A stretch of 63,680 nt of DNA, counting the filler, from Octopus bimaculoides (lineage: Eukaryota): NCBI RefSeq assembly GCF_001194135.2. It is 3 parts of 3 records of this genome, joined end to end, with 100 filler letters (N's around TTAATTAATTAA, not from the genome) between each part and the next. Parts side by side here need not be neighbours in the genome. Positions count along the whole stretch, not along the records: positions 34,885 to 63,680 come from NC_068986.1; 2 more parts are not named here. One strand, given 5' to 3'. Below, one piece after another: positions 51,170-63,680 of the stretch. Under the pieces are notes generated by a model, which was not told the origin of the DNA, searched no databases, and saw nothing but the letters and a program-made list of their open reading frames with translations. The position numbers were made by a program, and so were the translations under genes. Position 1 is the stretch's first letter. Every line of letters starts with the position of its first letter.

Positions 51170-51540
51170 AAAACGTGGCCGTTTTCAGTTTCACCACTAT
51201 ATAACACTCAAAAGTTTCTTTCTGTAACTGTTCGACCGCAAACGGTGAACAGACGAAGAATAATTTCATCGGCATTTTTGTGATGAGCCTTAATTGCAAA
51301 ATTGCACAATTCACTAATGGTAGATAATTCAACATTACCGCTGTATGTTCCATCCCCACTCATGCATGCTTGGTATTCTTGCATTTAACTATTAGGAATA
51401 AAAGACTAAAAATACTTCCAATTATTGCATATGTATTGTACGGGCTCTTCCCGAAGAGTTCGCTAATTTCTGCTGTTTTTGAGCATGAGTGACACAGCTC
51501 TAAACATACTGTTACCATCACCCATAACTTTATTAAAGGG
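51170..51540 (-). pseudogene. OTU-like cysteine protease domain relic, upstream of and co-oriented with the Helitron Rep
   Basis: KVMGDGNSMFRAVSLML..LREE.VQYICNNWKYF; then, after a frameshift, EYQACMSGDGTYSGNVELSTISEL..VLYSGETENGH. Confidence 0.72.
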
Positions 51541-52667
51541 ATGAGTTAATAAATGGAAGTAATTGATGGAATATTTTTTAATAAATTCAGTAAGGGACTT
51601 TACCTTCATTTTAAACTATAAATGGTTTTGTGAACAGAACGTGACGGAAAATTACAATACCAAAATGGATGATACTAAGTGATAGCAATTTCCTCTTTAG
51701 AAATCTTTCTAACTTTGCGATAGATGAATGAGTAATTATAATTTTTTAAATAATAAAAATTGAAATTAATAAGATACTTCACCTTCAATGTTGACTTCAA
51801 ACGTCGTCTTCGGGAAAAGAAAAGTGAATTGACTCTAAGTATTTAGTAGACGATAACTTCTTTATCGTTTGTTTATAAATGGAAAAAAGGAATAAATTCG
51901 GTTATTTCCGGATAATTTCAGTTTCAACGTTGTCAAATACTTGTCTATAGATTTGTGAGTGTGTGTATATGTGTGTTACAGAGAATGAGAGACAGACAGA
52001 CAGAGACAGAGAGAGACATAGAGACTGAGAGACAGAGAAAGAGAGTAAAAGAGAGAGAAAGAGATGCGAGCGAGAGAGAAAGACAGGTTGAAAGCGCGCG
52101 CATGTGTACCTCTGAATGACAACTGTATTAACGTTATATTTGTTACTTACACAACTCTGTCCTCCCCTTCCCTGATATCATTCACACACACACTATGCCA
52201 CCATGTTTCCTCACACTAACGCTTTTGCACCCTTCTCATTTTATCAAATAATACCCCATCCTACCACTTCAATTTGCAGTTATTTTACTATCACAGGTGT
52301 TAGAAAAACGTGCTTGAATCCAGAGAAGATATATTTAATATATTAATACACTTAAAAATTGAGGATTGTGAAAACAAGAAGCATTTTCTTTTTTTTTTTT
52401 TTCACTTATATATATATATAATAATACATCATTATCCATTACAGAAACCTAATGGAAAATCTGAATATATGTTAACATACAAACGTACATATAAGTGTGT
52501 CAGCAATGTATATATATNNNNNNNNNNNNNNNNNNNNNNNNNNNNNNNNNNNNNNNNNNNNNNNNNNNNNNNNNNNNNNNNNNNNNNNNNNNNNNNNNNN
52601 NNNTATATATATATATATATATACACGCATACATATACATACACACACACAGAGTTTGATAGACGTT

Positions 52668-52704
<37 letters not shown>

Positions 52705-53254
52705 AAGATGTATATACATTCCAACGTACATAGACAATCAAATGTGTGTGTGTGTGCGTGTGCAGTTGGATGTGTGGGTGTGAGTTTGCGTGCGTTTAAT
52801 TAATATGTTTTGCCTTTATCTCCGAAAATAGATAAGATTCTTCATTTCTTCCAACTATGATGTTTAAATTGTAAAATTTTTCTTTATCTTCACATCTCAC
52901 ATCCTAATATTTTTTTTCTAATATATACAACATGGATTTGAAATTAAAAGAAACGTAAGTTGATGTATTTGCTTTCATAATAACAACTTCTCACTTTAGA
53001 TATATTATAAGTAGATTCTTTTCTGAATTCAAAATGCCATGGTCAAGTTGGGCAGTGAATTTTCCAGCCCTGATGGAGTTAGTCTATACTATGCTTGTTA
53101 TAATCGAATTCTCAACGCTGAAAAGAAAACACGTTGATGTATGTCTCTGATTACCAAAAGATCAAGCAACTAGATCAAATTATTTGCACTAGTGCGGGGT
53201 GAGGTTAATACCAAGAGAAGCAGTAGCAGAAGAAACAACGCAATATATAGTAAA

Positions 53255-53486
53255 AATGCTTTCAAATTTTGGCACAAGGACAGCAATTTCTTGGAAGAGA
53301 ATATGTCGATTACATCAACACCAGTGCTCAACTGATACTTATTTGATCGACCCCAAAAGGATGAAAGGGAAAGTCGACCTTGGCAGAATTTGAAATCAGA
53401 ATGCAAAACAGACGAAATGCCGCTAAGCACTGTCTTCGGTATACTATAGATTCTGCCCACTCGCTGTTTTAATCATAATAATAATG

Positions 53487-53534
<48 letters not shown>

Positions 53535-53748
53535 TCTTCAAATTTTGCCTCAACGGCAGCAGTATTGGGGGAGGGGATGAGCCGATTATATCGACCCCAG
53601 TGTTCAACTGGTATTTATTTTATCGACCCGGAAAGGATGTCGACCTAAAGTCGACCTCGCCGAAATTTGAACTTGGAACTTAGCGACGGGCAAAATACCG
53701 CTAAGCATTTCGTCCAGTGTGCTAACGATCCTTCCAGCTCGCCGCCTT
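53255..53748 (-). mobile_element. Two family A SINEs separated by (AAT)n
   Basis: Reverse-complement family A at ~53255-53465 and ~53535-53748. Confidence 0.85.
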
Positions 53749-53803
53749 GCTTAATAATAATAATAATGATAATAATAATAGTAATAATAATAACAATAAT
53801 AAC

Positions 53804-53847
<44 letters not shown>

Positions 53848-53949
53848 CAACTTACTGGATCCGTGAAAGATTCACGGAAAACATAAAAAAATGTATGCAT
53901 CTGTAAAAAGTGTAATGGTGCCATGAGTAATGTTTGTATATCATGACCG

Positions 53950-54075
53950 TCAGTTTTTACGTTCTGAGTTAAAATTCTGACGAGATCGACTTTGCTTTTG
54001 TCCTTTTGGGATCGATAAATTAAGTATCAGTTGTGTACTGGCCCCCTCCCCACAAAAAATTCAGGACTAGAAAAG
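53950..54075 (+). mobile_element. Decayed family A SINE, 3' part
   Basis: tttacgttctgagttaaaattc..gatcgataaattaagtatcagttgtgtactgg. Confidence 0.7.
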
Positions 54076-54359
54076 TATATTATGACAGGTGTAGAATATA
54101 GAAAGTAATGTAACCTCAATGACTATATAATCCAACCAAAATATCTGTTAGACAAACGTAAACGGAATCTCAATTTAACCTTAAAATACGTCGTACATAT
54201 TGAAAGAACCTTAATGTACAAATTGAAATGGAAAAGAACGAAATAATAATAAAAATGGATATATGAATGCAAGTTTGGTAATTGCGTTTATTTCCAGCAC
54301 GCGACACTTATTTATTGCAAACTATACACACACACAAATACATTCATGAATTTGTCTCG

Positions 54360-54435
54360 AGTTGCAGCTGTAATTCAAAGGGGCCAGCCTTGTCATATTC
54401 TGTATAAGGCTGAATCTCTTTGAGAAATAAGTTAA
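54360..54435 (+). mobile_element. Family D SINE fragment
   Basis: ctgtaattcaaaggggccagccttgtca..gctgaatctc. Confidence 0.55.
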
Positions 54436-54489
54436 TGATATTCATGTCTTTACGTACAAAAACAAAAAGTTAGCGTATTAATATTATTG

Positions 54490-54520
<31 letters not shown>

Positions 54521-54569
54521 CAACACCAACACCAACACCAACAACAATAGCAACAACAACAACAACAAC

Positions 54570-54636
<67 letters not shown>

Positions 54637-54637
54637 T

Positions 54638-55206
54638 TCACAGACACGACAGAGCTGGGACCTATATACACTGGAAGCTATGCCAACACTATGGAATAAC
54701 AACAGAAAAATGATGGTATGAACACACGCCAGAAAAGGTCACAGAAAACGAGAAAGCAACCATAATCTGGGATATGCCAATACGCACAGATAGAGAAATT
54801 AAGACAAATAGACCAGATATAGATGTCAAAGATCATGAAGAAAAAATGTTTTCTAATTGATGTATCGATACCAGCAGATGACAACGTTTCTCTAAAAGAA
54901 ATGGAAAAACTTTCAAAATACAATGACCTGGAAATAGAGGTAACTCGAATGTGGAATCTAAAAACAGAAACAATTCCTATCATAGTAGGTGCGTTGGGTA
55001 TAATAAAAAAATATTCAGACAAATACATAACAAAAACACCAGGACTTACAAATATATATAACATACAGAAAATTGCACTACTGGGTACTGCACACATCCT
55101 ACGTAAAACACTTTCAATACAGTAAACATAAGAGCACCACACCAAACCACAGCACATACCCAAGGTAGTGAAGTGAAAGCACGTTATAAAAATAAAACTA
55201 CTGAAC

Positions 55207-55208
<2 letters not shown>
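54638..55208 (+). mobile_element. 5'-truncated R4/Dong-type LINE (RLE domain plus 3' UTR)
   Basis: RHDRAG.YIHWKLC..WYEH.PEKV..IIWD..NRPDI..LIDVSIPAD..KEMEKLSKY.DLE..IVGALG..LLGTAHILRK; (AAT)n on both sides. Confidence 0.92.
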
Positions 55209-55270
<62 letters not shown>

Positions 55271-55334
55271 GTAATAATAATAATAATAATAATAAAAATA
55301 ATAATTATAATAATAATAATAATGATATTGATAA

Positions 55335-55900
55335 TACCAGTCAATGTACGCCACTAGACACGTCATGAAAATATAGCAAGGATTATTCATTGGACACTTT
55401 ACAACAAGTATGGACTTGACAGAGCAAAAAATTGGTACGACCGCAAACATGAAGGTATTGTCGAAAATAGAAATGCAAAGATCCTATGGGATTTTATGAT
55501 TCAGTGCGACCATGAGATTGAGAATAGGAAGCCAGATATTGTCTTAATTGAGAAAGGAAACAAACTATGCTGGATCATAGACATAGCATGCCCAGCTGAC
55601 AACAAGGTATGTGATAAAGGAGAAAGAGAAGTTGAGAGATATGACAGGTTAGCTTCGCAAGTTAAGCAGTTGTGGGCGATGAAAAAAGTAGCAGTAGTAC
55701 CAATAACTGTTGGAGCCCTGGGAACTGTGAGCAGAAATCTCGAGAAGTACGTGGAACAAATAGTGGCTGCAATAAGGGTAAAGCACTTGCAGAAAACAGC
55801 ACTGCTTGGAACCGCTTGAATACTCCGGAAGGTGCTCGAAAAATAAGAGGTGTTACCTTAGTTCACTGGTATTGAACAGCTTACACTGTGGTACATCTCC
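55335..55900 (+). mobile_element. 5'-truncated R4/Dong-type LINE of another family
   Basis: ILWDF.IQCDHEIENRKPDIV..IIDIACPAD..VVPITVGALG..LQKTALLGTA; begins right after (AAT)n. Confidence 0.88.
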
Positions 55901-55904
55901 AGCA

Positions 55905-56068
55905 CAAGGGCTGAAATATGTGGGAGAGGGACTACTCGATTACATCGACCCCAGCATACAACTGGTACTTAATTTATCGGCGCCGAAAGGATGAAAGGCA
56001 CATTGGGAGGATGTCTTCTACTATAGCCTCGGGCTGACCAAAGCCTTGTGAGTGGATCTGGTAGAAGT
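55905..56068. mobile_element. Fused SINE fragments: family A (minus) joined to family B (plus)
   Basis: ..ccgaaaggatgaaaggca is followed directly by tgtcttctactatagcctcgggctgaccaaagccttgtgagtgg. Confidence 0.7.
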
Positions 56069-56568
56069 AAAATGAAATATAATACAGAACGTGGACGTGA
56101 AAACGAAAGGATGCATTTACGAAGAAAACAGAAAATAACAGAAAGAAAACCAAAACCAAACCCAAAGTCTCTATCTTATCTGATATGAATGAAATTTAAC
56201 AAACGCACATATAGACGCACAGGCTTACATATAAGCACACACACATACGAGCGTGCACACATACGAGCGTGCACACATACGAGCGGGAACTCATACGAAC
56301 GTGCACACACTCACATGCTTATACCGGACAATTTCAAAACAACGCTGAATCAAACATTCAAAATAAATGGAAGTGGGGAGACGGGTTACTGAAGAGATTA
56401 CAAAAGTGCAATGAAATGATTTAACAAAAAAAAATAAATAATAATAAATAAATAAATACTATTTATATATAAAGGACCGAACCAGTGCGTGTGTTTATTA
56501 CCGGCATAATGCCTCTCCCAAGGTATAATACTTAATGAAACTCGTCTATATATGTGTGTGTTTGTGTG

Positions 56569-56602
<34 letters not shown>

Positions 56603-57229
56603 NNNNNNNNNNNNNNNNNNNNNNNNNNNNNNNNNNNNNNNNNNNNNNNNNNNNNNNNNNNNNNNNNNNNNNNNNNNNNNNNNNNNNNNNNNNNNNNNNN
56701 NNNNNNNNNNNNNNNNNNNNNNNNNNNNNNNNNNNNNNNNNNNNNNNNNNNNNNNNNNNNNNNNNNNNNNNNNNNNNNNNNNNNNNNNNNNNNNNNNNNN
56801 NNNNNNNNNNNNNNNNNNNNNNNNNNNNNNNNNNNNNNNNNNNNNNNNNNNNNNNNNNNNNNNNNNNNNNNNNNNNNNNNNNNNNNNNNNNNNNNNNNNN
56901 NNNNNNNNNNNNNNNNNNNNNNNNNNNNNNNNNNNNNNNNNNNNNNNNNNNNNNNNNNNNNNNNNNNNNNNNNNNNNNNNNNNNNNNNNNNNNNNNNNNN
57001 NNNNNNNNNNNNNNNNNNNNNNNNNNNNNNNNNNNNNNNNNNNNNNNNNNNNNNNNNNNNNNNNNNNNNNNATAAAAGTGATTGCGGATTAAATCCGACA
57101 ATTTGTTTTATATCTCGTTCTTTCGAGGGTAGTTTGTTGATGTATTGGTGTACAGTCAACAGCGTTGGAGAGCATAAAGGTTAAAGATGTAGTTTCAGAA
57201 AAAGTTAACTAACATGGAGGACTCGAAGG

Positions 57230-57877
57230 TATTTCAATATCGGGAAAGAGTACCTTTATCATGGTGATTTGCAACGACCCTCAAAATGGCCAGGAATGGA
57301 CAGTGGCCTTTCTGACTGCGCCCGTTCGCCGGATTCCTCCCCACGTATTTGAACAGGGCCTTTGGCTCAGTTCAGACGGTTATCCGAAGCTGCTGGATCT
57401 GTAGTTAATGCTTGGCTGAAGTGGGTTGCTGCTTGAAGGCCATATGTGTGAAGCAGTTTTCGGCTCCTTGCCATATCTCCGGAAAAAAATTCAGAAATAA
57501 TTGTCAGAGAATTTCTAAGAGTTCACCAGCCCCAATTTCGGGTTTCCCAATTCCGACGATTGTAATCTCATGGATTCCTATGTGTTGGACGCATTTGTGA
57601 AAGACACCAGCCGCTCTAGAACAATACTAAGTGTGACCTAGTGGCCACGATTCAGCAGGTTTTCGAATACTTTCCCAGTGACATAGTAAGGAACGCATGG
57701 ACCATTTTCTGGAGCCGTTTCGAGGTTGTGGTGGAAGCTGAAGCCGCTTCTCTGAGTAAACTGAATCATAATCTAGTTGCTATTTCTTGATTTTTTAAAA
57801 ATACTTTTATCTTTGGATGGGATATTGTGAATTCTTTTCCTTTTATGCAAACTGTCAAATTTAGCCCGAACGCCTTG
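57230..57877 (+). mobile_element. Tc1/mariner-superfamily transposase relic, DD37D (maT)-like, 3' half
   Basis: SAPCHISGK..LSENF.EFTSPN..PNS.DCN.MDSYV..IVRNAW..F.SRFEVVVEAE; about 37 codons between the second and third catalytic positions (one frameshift); ends ..ccttg-TA. Confidence 0.72.
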
Positions 57878-58660
57878 TACTTTGGTCCAATTATTCTTTC
57901 AACCAAGACGTCTTACCAAATATAGTCAAGAGAAATTTATCCATGATTAGACAGCACGACCCTAACACACAGGAACTCCACAAGCGTTAAAATATGTATA
58001 ATACTGAAGTTAATTACACTTGTCTACGCAATATATCTTTCAATGCCGAAAGCTGCGTTACACAAAAACGTACACCTTTTCACCCGTAATCACCACCATC
58101 TACTACAACATTAAAAAAACCCACCAGTTACAATACTATGGTATATCAGTTGACTATCTCCTCCAGTTTCTGTTAATTTGACTAACTATGGGATTCAACT
58201 CAAAGCTTATGACTTCAAGCAAAGGTTTAATAGGATATACACTTGTTCAGCACCAGTTCCTAGTTACAAGAAAACATCCACCTTCCTCTCCTGGTTTATC
58301 TGCAGGTTTCGGGAAATGGAAATAATTCGTTCAATAAAATGTCTGACATTACTGACCTGCCTATATCTTCTTCGGAACGTTTGACTTCAGTCTGTCTTTG
58401 AATACGAAGTGTTCGTTACATCAGCTGGTTGTATCTCTTACTAAGAGGATTGAACTCTCTTGTTGCAGTCATCATAAAAAGAAGCTTTATAGATATGGTT
58501 TATTTTTATAGATAGAGTTAAATAGACAAAAATGTAGATATCTAAATATATTTTAGTGTGCACATGCTTACAAGCAAATGCACACAGTCACACAAGTGCA
58601 TATATAGGGAGAGACAAAAATCAACAATGGAAGAAAAGAGAAACAAAAAACAAAAGAAGT

Positions 58661-58700
<40 letters not shown>

Positions 58701-59160
58701 AGTACTTGCCAAATTTCACGATTAATGGCAAAGGAATACCTTCTAATAAATGACACTGCTACTTCTTTTAAATAACAAATAAATTTTTAAAAAACTGCTG
58801 ATATTTCATCGTAGTAATTGCCTTTCGTTTCTCTCTTCAGAACAGATTGTGCTGAAAATATTTGTTCCGGTATTTTAAGTTTATATATTACTTTCTTTCT
58901 TACGACACATTCTGTGGCTTAGACTGATGCACAGATACGTATATATACAAACACGTATACATACATACATATATATATATAAATATACATACATACATAC
59001 ATACATACATACATACACACACATATACATACATATATATATATACATATATATATATTTGAGAACTTTTTTTTTATTATTCTACTATATATGTATGTGT
59101 ATCTATATTTATCTATATTTATCTATCTCGATAGATAGATAGATAGATAGATAGATAGAG

Positions 59161-59207
<47 letters not shown>

Positions 59208-61179
59208 CAATGTGCACGTAGGTACTCCATCTTCAGGTAATATTGCAAGTTGAAAAGATATATTCGTTTCGTAATGATCATTCATAAAATATGTAACCCT
59301 TCATTTTTGCATGTAATTCTTTGTTTTACAGATTATATTTTGTGGGGAATCTATTTAAGTATAGCAGGTTCGATAGAGTTTCTTTCAAAGACGTACGGTG
59401 ACACGTAGTGATCAAAGTAACTATAGAGATATACATTCTAGATAATTTCGATGCAAACTACTTATCATGAAGCCAGGTATATATTGTCCATACTTTTTTT
59501 TTCTCAAATTATCATCCCATGTATATTTTATTACGCTAGCAGAATATATTTTGAACAACGTCAAAATTCTATTCTCAGATCACGAGAGTCAACTATATAT
59601 TTTCACACTACACACAATAATAATAATATGCGATTGTTTCGATTTTATGGTGGTTGTTATGCGAAATTATAGAGTGAAGAGAAGTTACAATCGGTAGCTG
59701 TGAGGAAAAAGAATATTATGGTCAGATTCAAGTTTTTGCTTTTAAGTCATGAGTTCAAATCTTGCTGTGGTCAACTTTGAGATCCCTCGTTGCAAACCGA
59801 TCAAGCTTAAACAAGTTAAGTTATGGAATCAATATAAACTGTTACATCTTCCCCAAAATATTCTGGCCTTAATATTATGGCAATAATAATATTTATTTTT
59901 GTAAGTCGAGAATAATGGAATGGGAAAATTGTTAGTCAGTAGGAGAAGAGTCTGTTGAGTTCTTTGTTCAATAACCGAAAGCAGTAAAGAAAAATAAGGA
60001 AATGTTAATAATAGGCAAATGATTGAATAAACTTTATCTTCGGCTTCTATGTTGTTTTGTAAGTGAAGAGGGAAAAGAACGTGGTTGCATCGATAGGATA
60101 CATAATGGTACATTCCATGTACTTATCTTACCTCAGCCATAGAAAGTAAAACAGATGTTGCCAACAACAGCCTTTGTATTCAAAACACGAAGAGTAAAGA
60201 TTATACTACTTGCGCCATTTTACCCGTTATCCCGGCAAAATATGCGGTTCCTTATTATTCTTAAATTTAATGAGGGACTAATGAAAATTATTTAAGAACC
60301 AAATGTGTGCAATTAGATTTGGTTGCCTTCGTATTTTTGTTTAAATGTCAAGCTACAAAAAATCGAATTATTATTTTTTTTTTGGCAATTACATCATATT
60401 ATTCAAGCCATCTGTATCAATAGTCTGACCTTCAAATGATGCAGCAGGAAGATCTGCACTTTACTTTCTTTATATTCACTTTCTCTTTTGCTGTATTTTT
60501 ATCATTTTGCTTTCATTGTTTGTGTTTAAGTTGTTTTCTTGTTATCTGTGAGAGTTACTACGAGTTTAAGAACTGGAGTCAAGAACAGGAGATGATACAA
60601 TAAAATTTATACGATTTAGATATCTTTTACTGCGCCTTAGATCGCTTCCATGCGAAATACGGGCACACACATACAGATATAGTTATATACGCATATATAT
60701 ACACGTGTATGTGCAAATATCCTTACATACAACGTACAAACACACACATACATATACATGCATGCATACATATACATGCATGCATACATACAGACATACA
60801 TAAATACATACATACATACATGTGTGCTGCATCCTTCTATCAATCCATTTGTTCCATTAATCCATATATCCATCCATAGATAAAAGATGAATTTCATTTT
60901 TGTTGAGGTTTCTTTTAGATAAATTTATAGTTTTAGGGTGTATATGTTCTGTGTGTTTATTAAAATTTTTTCGTTCATGCGATCCCATAACAATGGAGTT
61001 GAAACACTGTGTCCCTGTTTCATGATTCTAGGGGTCTTTTTCTTCCATCATAGGTGAGAGAATATTCCATTCTCCCTGTTTATATTACGTCGCATACAGT
61101 CTGTCTTCTTTCTATCTTCTTTCATGCTTGTAACTCCATTCGTGTGTGTGCGTGAGTGTATGTGTGTCTGTTTGCGCGC

Positions 61180-61232
<53 letters not shown>

Positions 61233-61814
61233 AGAGAGAGAGAGGCGTAAATCGTCNNNNNNNNNNNNNNNNNNNNNNNNNNNNNNNNNNNNNNNNNNNN
61301 NNNNNNNNNNNNNNNNNNNNNNNNNNNNNNNNNNNNNNNNNNNNNNNNNNNNNNNNNNNNNNNNNNNNNNNNNNNNNNNNNNNNNNNNNNNNNNNNNNNN
61401 NNNNNNNNNNNNNNNNNNNNNNNNNNNNNNNNNNNNNNNNNNNNNNNNNNNNNNNNNNNNNNNNNNNNNNNNNNNNNNNNNNNNNNNNNNNNNNNNNNNN
61501 NNNNNNNNNNNNNNNNNNNNNNNNNNNNNNNNNNNNNNNNNNNNNNNNNNNNNNNNNNNNNNNNNNNNNNNNNNNNNNNNNNNNNNNNNNNNNNNNNNNN
61601 NNNNNNNNNNNNNNNNNNNNNNNNNNNNNNNNNNNNNNNNNNNNNNNNNNNNNNNNNNNNNNNNNNNNNNNNNNNNNNNNNNNNNNNNNNNNNNNNNNNN
61701 NNNNNNNNNNNNNNNNNNNNNNNNNNNNNNNNNNNNNNNNNNNNNNNNNNNNNNNNNNNNNNNNNNNNNNNNNNNNNNNNNNNNNNNNNNNNNNNNNNNN
61801 NNNNNNNNNNNNNN

Positions 61815-61866
<52 letters not shown>

Positions 61867-62389
61867 GATAGATATCAAAATAAGCAACAAGGATATCCAA
61901 TGTCAATGCAGTACGATCGTTTCCTGCGATTTCATTTAATTGAGCAATGTGTACATTACATCAAATATAAAATAAATGTAGCACAATCTTTAGCTGCACA
62001 AAGGTATAGAAATTTAATGAAATTACATTCAAACAGAAGGACGTATTTTTATAATTAAATCTAAACTCATATGGTCTGGCTAAGTCAAAATGATTTTTTG
62101 TATTCCACCTTCCTACTTGGGGAGTTTAGATTTAATTATAAAAATATGTCCTTCTGTTTAAATGTAATTTCATTAAATTTCTATACCTTTGTGCCACTGA
62201 TGATTGCTCTACATTTTATATTTGATATAATGTATACATTGCTCAATCAAATGGAGTCGCAGCAAACGATTGTACTGCATTAACTTTGGACATCTTTGTT
62301 GTTTATTTTGATTTTAATCACCTTATTTTGAAACTGTATGGATAATACCATATTAAATTCTGGTGTCTAAGCTTAAGTACCATATTCAC

Positions 62390-62467
<78 letters not shown>

Positions 62468-62500
62468 AGATAGATAGATAGATAGATAGATAGATATACA
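62390..62500. repeat. (TA)(GA)(GATA) compound microsatellite
   Basis: Direct reading. Confidence 0.92.
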
Positions 62501-63680
62501 TGCTCGTGCATGTGTGTATGTGTATGTGCGTGTGTGTGTTTAGCATTACTTAATAAACTGCAGAAAACCCTAACCTAAACAATCTTGAGTCTTCACCGCA
62601 AATATTTCTTTACGTCAACTCGAACAAACCCGGCATTAAAAGAATGAAATTCCTAAAATTGAAAGTAGAATAACCAAAGAATTTACGAGGGCAGCAAGAA
62701 TTAACAGTGAATATAACAAAAGCACGAAAATGCGTACAGAATAAACATAGAGTATCATGTTGAATATCTTTACCGATTCTATAGCAAATGGCATATTAGT
62801 TCATGAAACGATATCAACCGAGTTAAGAAGGAATTGTAACTCTGCTAGAGAACACAGAAACGTAATTTGCACGTGAAACAAAACGGAAATTATAACTACG
62901 AAATATATAAGAAAAATATATAATGGTAACGTACAAACATACACGTACATGCATATATATACACACACGCGCGCGTTCACACACACACATAAAGATACAT
63001 ATATATTTATACTGTACATGATATTTATTATGACCCTAAAAATTGTGCATTAAACCTCATCTAAATATTCATTACGCATCCTCTATTTACTCTTCGGTAC
63101 AAATGTCAGCCTGTTCTTAAATCTTAATTAATCTATAAAAATAATGTAGAAATTAGATAATTCGGTTATAGCTTAATCTAATTAACTTCATTGTTGGTAA
63201 TTATTTTCACTACTTACCTTTCGATTCTTTTGTTAGGTACAGTGTGGCATTGTCTACCCTTGCAATCACCTTTGCAACAATCTTTTACTCCTCCTCTTAG
63301 AAACCTGAAAACTCATGTAATATTCTCTTCATTCTTTTGTCGTAAGTTGAGAAACTCTCCTGTACAACTGCAGCCAAAAGCAAATCCAACTAAAACAGCA
63401 TAAACTCTGAAATGACCCTCTTCAACACAAGAACATAGTTAGAATGATGAGGAATTCTATCTTATCGTATTTTCATTAATTAACCGAAGTGATTCAAACA
63501 ATGACTAATTCAATGCAAATTAATTAAACAATATACAAGCGTTAAACTAATCAAAAGATTGAAGTCTCAGCGAAATCTTTCTATTTCTCTTTCTGTTTTT
63601 CATTGTTCACTCTCTCTCTCTCTCTTCCCCTCCTCTCTCTCTCTCTTCCCCTCCTCTCTCTCTCTCTCTCTCTTGATATA

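Overview
AT-rich, microsatellite-dense eukaryotic scaffold sequence with many N gaps. The repeat complement (tRNA-derived SINEs, RTE and R4/Dong LINE remnants, mariners, Helitrons) looks like a cephalopod, probably Octopus; this is inference and was not searched. I found no confidently identifiable host gene. The window reads as intergenic or deep intronic DNA packed with decayed mobile elements: seven R4/Dong-type restriction-like-endonuclease LINE fragments clustered in (AAT)n tracts, three RTE-group LINE remnants, a Penelope GIY-YIG fragment with an inverted terminal repeat, a decayed Helitron with OTU, zinc-finger and Rep domains, a non-autonomous Helitron with both ends, a MULE transposase relic, four mariner elements plus a mariner MITE, a DD37D-like transposase relic, about 25 SINE copies in at least four related designs, and two fold-back structures. 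The most notable structures are an RTE-group LINE with a clean 5' inversion of twin-priming geometry (29213-30713), a SINE flanked by a ~95-100 bp direct repeat (39351-39872), two RTE tails each carrying three C2H2 fingers (35240-36960), and the OTU-bearing Helitron (48500-51540). Most ORFs in the supplied track are microsatellite or gap artefacts. All translations, alignments and coordinates were done by eye and are approximate.
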